This document shows positions 9,780 through 18,647 of a stretch of DNA of 64,000 nucleotides, piece after piece; position 1 is the first letter of the stretch; each line of letters begins with the position of its first letter. The notes below the pieces were generated by a model, which was not told where the DNA came from, made no database searches, and worked only from the letters and a program-made list of their open reading frames with translations. The translations under genes were made by a program, and so were the position numbers. This DNA is from Actinomycetota bacterium (GTDB lineage: Bacteria; Actinomycetota; Thermoleophilia; Gaiellales; Gaiellaceae): NCBI GenBank assembly GCA_046734335.1, contig JBKPRA010000122.1:3901-67900 (forward strand), given 5' to 3'.

Positions 9780-9878
9780 CGCGTCACGGCATAAACCGCA
9801 GCTGCGTGGGGAAGACATCCGACTTGCAATGCGTCCGGTAATGGGATACATGATTGGGGACAGGGGAGGAGTTTCCAG

Positions 9879-12800
9879 TTGATGAAGGGCCTCGCGCGGG
9901 CGGGCGCAGCGCTCATCGCGCTCGTTCTCGTTCTGGGCGTCCATACAGCCGGCGCGCTCGCGGGACTTCCGTCCGGCTTCTCGGACACGGTGGTCGGCTT
10001 CACCGGCCTCACGAACCCGACCGCGCTGCGCTTCTCGCCCGACGGGCGGATCTTCATCGGCCAGAAGAACGGCGTCGTCAAGGAGTTCGACAGCCTCTCC
10101 GATCCGACCCCGACGACCGTCGTCGATCTCTCCAGTGAGGTCTATAACGCCTGGGATCGCGGACTGCTGGGGCTTGCGCTCGATCCGAGCTTCCCCTCGA
10201 ACCCGTACATGTACGTGCTCGAGTCGTACGACGCGCTCCCCGGCGGCACCGCTCCGCGCTGGAACGACGCCTGCCCCGATCCGCCGGGTGCGAACACCGA
10301 CGGCTGCACCGTCAGCGCGCGCCTGCTCAGGCTTACGCTGCTGGGCAACACAGTCACCCAGACCAAGGTCCTGATCAAGGACGAGTGGTGCCAGCAGTAC
10401 TCGAGCCATTCGATCGGTGATCTCCGCTTCGGCTCTGACGGATCGCTCTACGTCTCCGGCGGGGACGGCGCGAGCTACACCTTCGCCGACTACGGCCAGG
10501 GGGGCGGCGGCGCCGGGAGCCCGACCCCGAAGAACGTCTGCGGCGACCCCCCGGGCGGCGTCGGCGGCAGCATGACGCCGCCCACGGCCGAGGGCGGAGC
10601 GCTGCGGTCGCAGAGCCTGCGCCGGCCCGCCGGACAGCCGGCCTCGCTCGACGGCACCGTCATCCGTGTCGACCCCGCGACCGGTGACGCCATGCCCAAC
10701 AACCCAAACGCAGGAAGCAGCGATCCCGATGCGCGCCGCATCGTCGCGTACGGGCTGCGCAATCCGTTCCGCTTCACGATTCGGCCGGGCACCAACGAGC
10801 TCTGGATCACCGAGGTCGGCTGGAACGACTGGGAAGAGATCAACCGCTCACCGTCCCCGACGAGCTCCATCTTGAATTTCGGCTGGCCATGCTACGAGGG
10901 GAACTCTCCGCAGCCCGGATACCAGAGCGCGGGCCTCAGCCTCTGCACATCGCTGTACAGCGCGGGGACCGCGACTCCGCCCTATTTCACGTACAACCAC
11001 GGAGCCCATATCGCCTCGGGTGACAGCTGTCCCACCGGGAGCTCCTCCGCCACCGGTCTTGCCTTCTACACCGGTGGGAGCAACTATCCGGCCTCCTACA
11101 ACAACGGCCTCTTCTTCGCCGACTACGCGCGGAACTGCATCTCCTTCATGCCGGTCGGAAGCAATGGGCTCCCCGACCCGACGAAGGCCCAGCCGTTCGA
11201 GTCCGCCGCATCGACGCCGGTCGACCTCGAGATCGGTCCCAACGGCGACCTGTTCTACGTCGACATCGTCGGCAGCACGATCAGGGAGATCAAGTACGCC
11301 GGGTCCAACAACCATCCTCCTGTCGCGGTGGCAACGGCGACACCGACGAGCGGCGCTGCTCCGCTGACGGTGAACTTCGACGGCTCGGGATCGTCGGATC
11401 CGGATGCCGGGGACACGATCTCGTACTCGTGGGACCTGAACGGGGACGGCACGTTCGGGGACTCGACGGTGGCGAAGCCGTCGTTCACGTACTCGACGCC
11501 CGGGACCTACAACGCAGTGCTGAAGGTGACCGACAACCATTCGGCGTCGACCCTCAGCTCGCCCGTGTCGATCACCGTGACGGGGTCGGGCGGGACGTCG
11601 ACGTTCGGGGTGACGACGCCCGGCACGCTGATCGACACGGCAGGGGCAAACAACAAGGCGGTCTCGCGGTTCACGGCCCCGGAAGCCGGAGCCGTCGTGA
11701 AGCTGACGAGCTACCTCTCCGGGCTCGGTGCGGCCGCGGGGACCCAGTCGATTCGAGGAGTGCTGTACGCGGACGCCGGCGGGGAGCCGGGTGCTCTGCT
11801 CGGGGTCTCGAACGAGGTGATCGTGACGGCCGGGAGACCCTGGGGCTGGGTCGACTTCACCTTCCCCACGCCGGTGACCATCCAGGCGGGCACGATCTGG
11901 ATGGGCTTCCTGGCGGGCGACAGCAGCGACCTGATTCAGCGCCGCCACTCCTCGGTCGCGAACGACGTGAGGTACAACGCGAACCCCGGCGGCTACGCGG
12001 CCGGGCCGTCGAATCCCTTCGGCAGCGCTATCTCGGGGCTCGACTTCCACTTCTCGATCAACGCTACGTACATACCGGCGGGCGGAGGCTCGAACCGTTC
12101 GCCCGTCGCGGTCGCGACGGCGACGCCGACGAGCGGCGCTGCCCCGCTGACGGTGAACTTCGACGGCTCGGGATCGTCGGATCCGGATGCAGGGGACACG
12201 ATCTCGTACTCGTGGGACCTGAACGGGGACGGCACGTTCGGGGACTCGACAGTGGCGAAGCCGTCGTTCACGTACACGGCGGTCGGGACGTACAACGCGG
12301 TGCTGCGGGTGACCGACAACCATGGAGCGTCGACGCTGAGCGCGCCGATCACGATCACGGTGTCCAGTTCGGGCACGACGGCGACGTTCGGGGTGACGAC
12401 GCCGGGGGCGCTGGTCGACACGGCTGGCGCGAACAACAAGGCGGTCTCGAAGTTCAGCGCCCCCGAGGCGGGGACCGTGACCAAGGTCAGCGGGTACCTC
12501 TCGGGGCTGGGAGCCGCGACCGGATCTCAGGTGGTCCGAGCAGTTCTGTATGCGGACTCGGGTGGAGAGCCGGGTGCCCTGCTCGGGGTGTCCAACGAGG
12601 TGACGGTCAACGCGGGCCAGGCCTGGGGCTGGGTCGACTTCCCGTTCGCGTCGGCGGTGCCGATCCAGGCAGGCACGATCTGGATGGGCTACCTCGGCGG
12701 CGACACCAGTGACGTCATCCAGCGGCGTCATTCGTCCGTGACGAACGACCTGCGGTACAACGCCAACGCCGGCGGATACGCGGCCGGGCCGTCGAATCCG

Positions 12801-14195
12801 TTCGGCACCGCGATCCCCGGGCTCGACTACCACTTCTCGATGAACGCCACGTATATCCCGTCGGGCGTCGACCAGCCGCCCGTGCCGACGATCTCCGCAC
12901 CGTCGTCATCGCTGACCTGGAAGGTCGGTGACCCCATCAACTTCTCCGGCAGCGCCACCGATCCGGAGGACGGGACCCTTCCCGCCTCCGCGCTGACCTG
13001 GAACATGCTGCTCCACCACTGCCCGACCGGGCAGACCTGTCATATTCACTTCCTCCAGACCTACTCGGGCGTGTCGGGCGGAAGTTTCTTCGCCCCGGAT
13101 CACGACTACCCGTCGTACCTCGAGCTCCAGCTGAGCGCGACCGACTCGGACGGCGTGACGACGACCACGTCGGTGACGCTCCAGCCGCAGACCGTCGACG
13201 TCTCGGTCGCGTCGAACCCGGTCGGGCTGCAGATCGCCTTCGGCCCGACGACCCAGGCAACGCCTTACACGTCGACGGTGATCAAGGGCTCGGTGCACTC
13301 CCTCAGCGCGCCGGTGACACAGACGCTCGGCGGGACCACGTACACCTTCGCCTCATGGTCAGACGGCGGTGCCGCGACCCACAACATCACTGCATCTGCG
13401 CCGGGGACCTTCACGGCGACGTACACGACGGGTGGAACGAGCAACACGCCTCCGGTGGCCTCGGCTTCGGGGACGCCGACCAGTGGAGTCGCTCCGCTGA
13501 CGGTGAACTTTGACGGCTCGGGATCGTCGGATCCGGATGCCGGGGACACGATCTCGTACTCGTGGGACCTGAACGGGGACGGCACGTTCGGAGAGTCGAC
13601 GGTGGCGAAGCCGTCGTTCACGTACTCGACGCCCGGGACCTACAAGGCAGTGCTGAAGGTGACCGACAGCCACGGCGCGTCGACGAACAGCACGCCGATC
13701 ACCATCGCGGTCAATGCGCCAACGGTCTTCGGCACGACGACACCCGGGACACAGACCTACTCCTTCCCGTTGAACCGCAAGCAGGTGTCGAAGTTCTCTG
13801 CGCCGACCGCAGGGAACGTCGTCAAGGTGTCGGGGTACATATCGGGCCTCGGTTTGAAGGGCGGCAACGAGAACATCAGAGCCGTGATCTACGCCGACTC
13901 GGGCGGCAACCCGGGAGCCCTGCTCGGCACCTCGAGCCAGCTCCAGATCTCGGCAGGACGGCCCTGGGGCTGGGTCGACTTCACCTTCCCGGCGGCGGTG
14001 CCGATCCCGGCCGGCCCGATCTGGCTCGGGTTCATCACCGGCGGCAGCAAGAGCAACCTGTTGCAGCTGCGCTACAACGTGCTCACCGGTGATCTTCGAT
14101 TCAACAACGACGACTACTCAAACGGTGCGTCGAATCCATTCGGATCCCCAACCGTCGGGGATTCGCACTTCTCCATCTACGCGACGTACGGCTAG
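9879..14195 (+). CDS. secreted multidomain protein: PQQ-dependent soluble sugar dehydrogenase-like beta-propeller + 3 PKD domains, each followed by an unassigned ~170-aa module, plus a central Ig-like region
   Basis: Signal peptide MMKGLARAGAALIALVLVLGVHTAGALA. SGDH-like motifs are PDGRIFIGQKNG, GLLGLALDP, HSIGDLRFGSDGSLYVSGGDG and YGLRNPFRF. The PKD signature PLTVNFDGSGSSDPDAGDTISYSWDLNGDG occurs three times. SD GGGGAGGA lies upstream; the start is TTG 9879 or ATG 9882. Confidence 0.85.
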   Translation: MMKGLARAGAALIALVLVLGVHTAGALAGLPSGFSDTVVGFTGLTNPTALRFSPDGRIFIGQKNGVVKEFDSLSDPTPTTVVDLSSEVYNAWDRGLLGLALDPSFPSNPYMYVLESYDALPGGTAPRWNDACPDPPGANTDGCTVSARLLRLTLLGNTVTQTKVLIKDEWCQQYSSHSIGDLRFGSDGSLYVSGGDGASYTFADYGQGGGGAGSPTPKNVCGDPPGGVGGSMTPPTAEGGALRSQSLRRPAGQPASLDGTVIRVDPATGDAMPNNPNAGSSDPDARRIVAYGLRNPFRFTIRPGTNELWITEVGWNDWEEINRSPSPTSSILNFGWPCYEGNSPQPGYQSAGLSLCTSLYSAGTATPPYFTYNHGAHIASGDSCPTGSSSATGLAFYTGGSNYPASYNNGLFFADYARNCISFMPVGSNGLPDPTKAQPFESAASTPVDLEIGPNGDLFYVDIVGSTIREIKYAGSNNHPPVAVATATPTSGAAPLTVNFDGSGSSDPDAGDTISYSWDLNGDGTFGDSTVAKPSFTYSTPGTYNAVLKVTDNHSASTLSSPVSITVTGSGGTSTFGVTTPGTLIDTAGANNKAVSRFTAPEAGAVVKLTSYLSGLGAAAGTQSIRGVLYADAGGEPGALLGVSNEVIVTAGRPWGWVDFTFPTPVTIQAGTIWMGFLAGDSSDLIQRRHSSVANDVRYNANPGGYAAGPSNPFGSAISGLDFHFSINATYIPAGGGSNRSPVAVATATPTSGAAPLTVNFDGSGSSDPDAGDTISYSWDLNGDGTFGDSTVAKPSFTYTAVGTYNAVLRVTDNHGASTLSAPITITVSSSGTTATFGVTTPGALVDTAGANNKAVSKFSAPEAGTVTKVSGYLSGLGAATGSQVVRAVLYADSGGEPGALLGVSNEVTVNAGQAWGWVDFPFASAVPIQAGTIWMGYLGGDTSDVIQRRHSSVTNDLRYNANAGGYAAGPSNPFGTAIPGLDYHFSMNATYIPSGVDQPPVPTISAPSSSLTWKVGDPINFSGSATDPEDGTLPASALTWNMLLHHCPTGQTCHIHFLQTYSGVSGGSFFAPDHDYPSYLELQLSATDSDGVTTTTSVTLQPQTVDVSVASNPVGLQIAFGPTTQATPYTSTVIKGSVHSLSAPVTQTLGGTTYTFASWSDGGAATHNITASAPGTFTATYTTGGTSNTPPVASASGTPTSGVAPLTVNFDGSGSSDPDAGDTISYSWDLNGDGTFGESTVAKPSFTYSTPGTYKAVLKVTDSHGASTNSTPITIAVNAPTVFGTTTPGTQTYSFPLNRKQVSKFSAPTAGNVVKVSGYISGLGLKGGNENIRAVIYADSGGNPGALLGTSSQLQISAGRPWGWVDFTFPAAVPIPAGPIWLGFITGGSKSNLLQLRYNVLTGDLRFNNDDYSNGASNPFGSPTVGDSHFSIYATYG
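11343..11492 (+). repeat. intragenic 150-bp repeat, copy 1 (PKD domain core)
   Basis: Nearly identical by eye to 12126-12275 (a few substitutions) and close to 13476-13625. Confidence 0.85.
12126..12275 (+). repeat. intragenic 150-bp repeat, copy 2
   Basis: See copy 1. The offset of 783 nt equals one PKD + unknown-module unit (261 aa). Confidence 0.85.
13476..13625 (+). repeat. intragenic 150-bp repeat, copy 3
   Basis: It shares ...gctccgctgacggtgaactt.gacggctcgggatcgtcggatccggatgccggggacacgatctcgtactcgtgggacctgaacggggacggcacgttcgg... with copies 1 and 2. Confidence 0.8.
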
Positions 14196-14230
14196 CCGCG
14201 GCGAGGGCCCAAGCCACGGCCCGCAGCGGG

Positions 14231-15118
14231 TCAGCCGACGAAGAAGCGCTCGGTGAAGGGCAGGCTGCTCTCGAAGTAGTGCGCGCTGGCCCGGACGGTT
14301 ACGGCATCGCCGCTTTTCAGCGGCCGGTTCAGCCGGAACGTGAAGGTGTAGGGAATTCCCGCCTGGAAGACGCCCTGCGTTGCCACCAGCTGCACCGGAT
14401 TGCCCACACGCAGCGTCCCCGTGCCCGCCGCGCTCGTCACCTGGGGTGCGGTCACTCCGGTGGGAAAGCGGAGCTCGATCGCGCTCACCTGGCCCAGCCC
14501 GCTGATCCCGACCGTCGCACGCAGGCCCGTGCTGCCGACCTTCGAGAGCTGCAGGGTTATGAACTTCATGCCCAGCAGACCCATGTCGGCCAAGGGGACG
14601 TTGCGGTCGAGGGCCAGCAGCTGGGTGTCCCTGGCGATCTGATCGAGGGGCAACAGGGGAGGGTCGCCGCCGAGAACCGATGCTGTGCCTTTCGTGAGCA
14701 GCGCGAACGACGGCACGCGATTCGCATAGAGGGCATTCCGGACGATCTGCGGTGCGGCTGTAGCCGTGGTCCCGGCCGGTAGCTTCACCCCGACGAACTT
14801 GGTCGGCCCGGCAGGCGGCGGAGCCGAGGTGTCGGTGCGGGGCCAGACGATCGCGACGGTCGCGTCAAATCGTGACGGGCCGGTTCGATTGACCATCGCG
14901 ACGGCGAAGGCATCCGCCGGTAGCGCGCGCGCATCTGCGAGAGCCAGCTTGGGAGAGGCCCTGCCCGACGACTTCAGCGTCAAGCGGGCGACCGTCACGT
15001 TGCCCGCGCTGGGAACCGGAACCTGTGGTTGCGCCTCCGGTCGTGCGCCGGCCGTCGACGGAAAGAGGAGCAGGAGCGCCAGCGCCGAGGCCACACCGGG
15101 TGAGGTTCGGCCAAGCAC
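14231..15118 (-). CDS. hypothetical secreted protein (no family recognised)
   Basis: GTG 15118 gives VLGRTSPGVASALALLLLFPSTAGARP, a signal-peptide-like N-terminus. A TAGCGT box lies 7 nt upstream. The longer table ORF would overlap the upstream GT4 gene. Confidence 0.5.
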   Translation of the reverse strand: MLGRTSPGVASALALLLLFPSTAGARPEAQPQVPVPSAGNVTVARLTLKSSGRASPKLALADARALPADAFAVAMVNRTGPSRFDATVAIVWPRTDTSAPPPAGPTKFVGVKLPAGTTATAAPQIVRNALYANRVPSFALLTKGTASVLGGDPPLLPLDQIARDTQLLALDRNVPLADMGLLGMKFITLQLSKVGSTGLRATVGISGLGQVSAIELRFPTGVTAPQVTSAAGTGTLRVGNPVQLVATQGVFQAGIPYTFTFRLNRPLKSGDAVTVRASAHYFESSLPFTERFFVG

Positions 15119-15161
15119 GCGATTGACGCTAGCGCAGGCATCCCACCGCGGCAAGGAGGGA

Positions 15162-16247
15162 TCAGCGGACGCCGGTCTCGACCAGCTCGTCGACCGCCTG
15201 CGCAATCTCGGTTCGAAAGCGCTCGTCAGAGAATCGCTCGGCCCGCCGTCTGATTTCGGCGTGATCGAGCTCTTCCGAGGCGGCGCGACGTACCGCAGCG
15301 CGGACGAGCTCCACGGTCGGGCAGTCGACGAGCCAACCGGTGACGCCATCTGCGACGATGTCGCGTGCACCGCCCCGATCGAGCCCGATCACCGGGGTCC
15401 CACACGCCTGTGCCTCCGCCATCGCGATGCCGAAGTCCTCGTCGACCGGGAAGACGAGCGCACGGGCCGAACGGTAGAGATCAAGCAGGGTCGCCTGGTC
15501 GACCGCCCCAACGAAGCTCACGTTCCGAGTCGCGCGGGCCCGCAGCCGGTCGCCGAGCTGTCCTTCGCCTACGACGACGAGCCGCTCGCTGAGGCCGGCG
15601 AAGGCGTCGACGACGAGGTCCGGACGCTTGTAGCCGGTAAGTCGGCCGACGTAGAGAAAGGTGTCCGTGCGCTCGCCGCCCGGGGTGAAGACGTCCGTCC
15701 TGACGGGCGGGAAGATGACCGTGGCCCGGCGACCATAGAAGCGCTGGATGCGGTCTGCGACGGCCGTCGAGTTGGCCACGAAGGCGTCGACCCGAGCCGC
15801 CGTCGCGCGATCCCATCCGCGGAACCACGCCATGAGTAACCGCGCCGGCGGCCGCGTCGCGGGCGGGAAGCGCTGCTGTTCAGACTCGAAGTCCCACGCG
15901 TAGCGCATCGGCGTATGGCAGTAGCAGAGATGCGGGATGCCTGCCGCCACCCGGACCGCCTTCGCACAGGCGTGGCTGCTCGAGATGACCGCGTCGACAC
16001 CTTCGACCGGACTGCGCAGCGCCCAGGAGAGCGGCATCGCCGGAAGGAGCCACTCGTGGTGGCGCGTGGCCGTCGGCACGTGCTGGAGGAAGGACGGCTG
16101 CGCGCGCCTGAGGGTCGAGGGCAACCTCTCGCGCTCGACGAGCGTCGTCAAGAGCTGAGAGTCGGGGTACACCTCCAGGATCTGTTCGACGACCCGCTCC
16201 GAGCCCGCATACCCGACGAGCCAGTCGTGTGCCACCGTCAAGCGCAT
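15162..16247 (-). CDS. glycosyltransferase family 4 (GT-B)
   Basis: MRLTVAHDWLVGYAGSERV N-terminus and the C-terminal EDFGIAMAEAQACGTPVIGLDRGGARDIV motif. I prefer ATG 16247 (TAGCCT box 6 nt upstream) over the table's GTG 16253. Confidence 0.8.
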   Translation of the reverse strand: MRLTVAHDWLVGYAGSERVVEQILEVYPDSQLLTTLVERERLPSTLRRAQPSFLQHVPTATRHHEWLLPAMPLSWALRSPVEGVDAVISSSHACAKAVRVAAGIPHLCYCHTPMRYAWDFESEQQRFPPATRPPARLLMAWFRGWDRATAARVDAFVANSTAVADRIQRFYGRRATVIFPPVRTDVFTPGGERTDTFLYVGRLTGYKRPDLVVDAFAGLSERLVVVGEGQLGDRLRARATRNVSFVGAVDQATLLDLYRSARALVFPVDEDFGIAMAEAQACGTPVIGLDRGGARDIVADGVTGWLVDCPTVELVRAAVRRAASEELDHAEIRRRAERFSDERFRTEIAQAVDELVETGVR

Positions 16248-16272
16248 CGACACAGGCTAGTAGCATGGACGG

Positions 16273-17286
16273 GTGAGGCGATCGGACCGGAAACGGCCGG
16301 CTTCATACTCGGCAGGCGAGTTGACCGTGGTTGTAGTCGACTGGAATCTCCCTGACTACACCATCAGCTGTGTGCGGTCGTTGCTCGCGGACGGCGTTCC
16401 GGCGGAGAGGATCGTCGTCGTCGAGAATGGACCGACCGACCAGAACTGGACGAGGGTGTCGAAGGAGCTCTCCTCCTGCGTCCTCGTGCGGGTCGAGGCC
16501 AACGTCGGCTACGCCGCGGCGAACAACATCGGCGCGCGCGTCCTTGCGGGGAGCGCCTACCTGCTGGTGAACAACGACGCCTTCGTCCACGGGAAGGGCT
16601 CGGTCGAGCGGATGCTCACGGCGCTCGATCGAGCGGACGTCTGTGTCGTTGTGCCGCGGTTGTTGAACGCCGACCTGACGCTGCAGCAAAGTGTCGTGCC
16701 TTTCACGACGCCGCTGGTCGCGCTCGTTCGTGCTAGTGGCTTGAGCCGCTTCGTCCCCAACCGCTGGCAGCCTCACGTCAGCACGCGCTGGGACCACAAC
16801 TCCTCGCGTGAGGTCGAGGCCGCGATCGGCGCGGTCATGCTCGTCGACGGCGAGACCTGGAACGCGCTCGGCGGCCTGCATGAGACGGCATTCATGTACG
16901 CGGAGGACCTCGACTTCTGCTGGCGCGTCCACCGGGCGGGCTGGAGGTCGTGGTTCGTGGCCGATGCGGAGTTCGTGCATCTCGGCGGAGCCTCGTCCGC
17001 TCGCCGTTGGACGACCCAGGAGCGTTCGATGCGAGTCGCACGGGCGGAGGCGGCGATGATCTGGCGTCACGAGGCGAAGCCGCGCGCGGCGCTCACGTTG
17101 GCGTTCATGCGGGTCGGGCTCCTGGCACGGGTGACCTACTTCGGCCTGGTCGGGAGGAACGAAGATGCGGCGGCCTGCCGTGGATCGCTCGTGGGCCTGA
17201 AGATCCCCAGTGCCGAGTCGTCAACCGGGCCGGAGGCGGCCTTCGAGGTGCAGTTCCCCGCCCTGGACGCCCAGCCGGAGGCGTAA
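16273..17286 (+). CDS. glycosyltransferase family 2 (paralogue of 8835..9779)
   Basis: VVVVDWNLPDYTISCVRSLL..IVVVENGPTD, NNDAFVHG and EDLDFCWR motifs. A TAGCAT box lies 6 nt upstream of the GTG start. Confidence 0.8.
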   Translation: MRRSDRKRPASYSAGELTVVVVDWNLPDYTISCVRSLLADGVPAERIVVVENGPTDQNWTRVSKELSSCVLVRVEANVGYAAANNIGARVLAGSAYLLVNNDAFVHGKGSVERMLTALDRADVCVVVPRLLNADLTLQQSVVPFTTPLVALVRASGLSRFVPNRWQPHVSTRWDHNSSREVEAAIGAVMLVDGETWNALGGLHETAFMYAEDLDFCWRVHRAGWRSWFVADAEFVHLGGASSARRWTTQERSMRVARAEAAMIWRHEAKPRAALTLAFMRVGLLARVTYFGLVGRNEDAAACRGSLVGLKIPSAESSTGPEAAFEVQFPALDAQPEA

Positions 17287-17290
17287 CGCG

Positions 17291-18385
17291 CTAGTCGCCG
17301 GTCACGAGGAACGACCGGATCGCGTCCCAGGCGGGGCGAGCCGATCCGTCCGGACGCACGAGGTTGTACGCGTCGCCGAGTGAGGGCGCCGTCCACGTGT
17401 AAACGAAGCTGCGCGCGACGAGCGATTGCCAGTCGGTGGTGAGCCTCACGAGCGCTTCTCGTACGTACTGCGCCTGGAGCTCTTCACTGACCGCGTCGGC
17501 GGGCGCCGGCGCGGTCTGCCAGCCGAACTCGGTCACCCAGATCGGCTTGTCGGCCAAGGCCTGATGCGCCAGGTCGCGGGTCAGGAGCAGCCGGTCGAAC
17601 CTGGCCCTCGGCGTCGCCGTGCTGTTCGTGGGGCTCAGCTCGTGGCAGTACAGATGAACGCTCCAGGCGTCGACGAGGTCCGAACGCCACAGCTCGGGGT
17701 CGGCCTGCAGCGCGGACACGAACCAGTCCTTGCCCACTCCGGCCGACTCCTCGGGCACGTCGCCCGAAGCCAGAAGCCGCATGCCGGGGCGCGTGGCCTT
17801 GACCGCGGTCGCCGCCGACCTGACGAGCCGAGCGTAGGCGGCGGGATCGGGCGCGGGTCCCCAGAACGAGGCTAGCCAGGGCTCGTTCCAGAGCTCGATC
17901 GCCGTGATCGGAGTCGGGACGAGCCGGGGATGCGATCGCCAGAACACGCCGTTCCGTCCGTAACGGTTGGCAACCGTGTTGACGAACCGTGCGTAGTCGA
18001 CCGCATTCCTCGGCGGGTACTTCCCTCCACCGGAATGGCCGCTCGCCCATGACGGTGCGTAGGTGACGACGGCCAGGACCCGTATACCGAGCCTGGCCGC
18101 GTTCGTCATCAACGCGTCAGTGCGGCCCCATGAGAAGGATCCGCGTGCCGGCTCTATCGAAGTCCAATTGAAGCCCTCTCGGACCCAGTCGATCCCGATG
18201 TACCGCGCACGTCGAAGGTAGGCGTACCCCTGCGTCTGGGGAAGCCAGACCGTGCTGGTCGAGATGCCGACCCGGTCGCCGATCGTCTGCTCGGTCGGCG
18301 GGATGTCCGTCCCGGCCGTAGCAGCACCTACGGCCAGGATCAGTGCCGAAGCCAGCGCCGCGGGTATCAGCAAGCGCAAGGCCAC
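17291..18385 (-). CDS. secreted glycoside hydrolase, clan GH-A TIM barrel (GH5/GH39-like)
   Basis: Signal peptide VALRLLIPAALASALILAVGAATA, GIDWVREGFNW, and AIELWNEPW (the N-E-P acid/base motif). Confidence 0.65.
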   Translation of the reverse strand: MALRLLIPAALASALILAVGAATAGTDIPPTEQTIGDRVGISTSTVWLPQTQGYAYLRRARYIGIDWVREGFNWTSIEPARGSFSWGRTDALMTNAARLGIRVLAVVTYAPSWASGHSGGGKYPPRNAVDYARFVNTVANRYGRNGVFWRSHPRLVPTPITAIELWNEPWLASFWGPAPDPAAYARLVRSAATAVKATRPGMRLLASGDVPEESAGVGKDWFVSALQADPELWRSDLVDAWSVHLYCHELSPTNSTATPRARFDRLLLTRDLAHQALADKPIWVTEFGWQTAPAPADAVSEELQAQYVREALVRLTTDWQSLVARSFVYTWTAPSLGDAYNLVRPDGSARPAWDAIRSFLVTGD

Positions 18386-18647
18386 CGAGCGAACAATGCT
18401 ACAGCCCGTCGAGCGTGCGGGCTCCGTCCGGTGCGTCGTGTCTGCTTCGTCCGGCGGAAACGAATCTAGCGGTGTGGACCAATCGCAGCTTTAATGAAGA
18501 CACGGCCGCACAGGCCGGGGCTTGAAAGACCCTCGGTTTCGAGTTATATGAGGGATGGGGAGAGAAGGTGAGAGGCGTAAACAGACCCTATGCGGCGTCA
18601 GGTCTCGTGCCATTCTGCACGAGTTCTGACGAGACTGGCGTGAGCCC

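Noticed and set aside
11255-13621. Three minus-strand ORFs (11255..11488, 11993..12484, 13265..13621) share the sequence MNDGFATV(E/D)SPNVPSPFRSHEYEIVSPASGSDDPEPSKFTVSGA.PLVG and look like a conserved small-protein family.
   Set aside because: They are simply the antisense translation of the three near-identical PKD-domain repeats of the 1438-aa plus-strand gene. The conservation is inherited from the sense strand.
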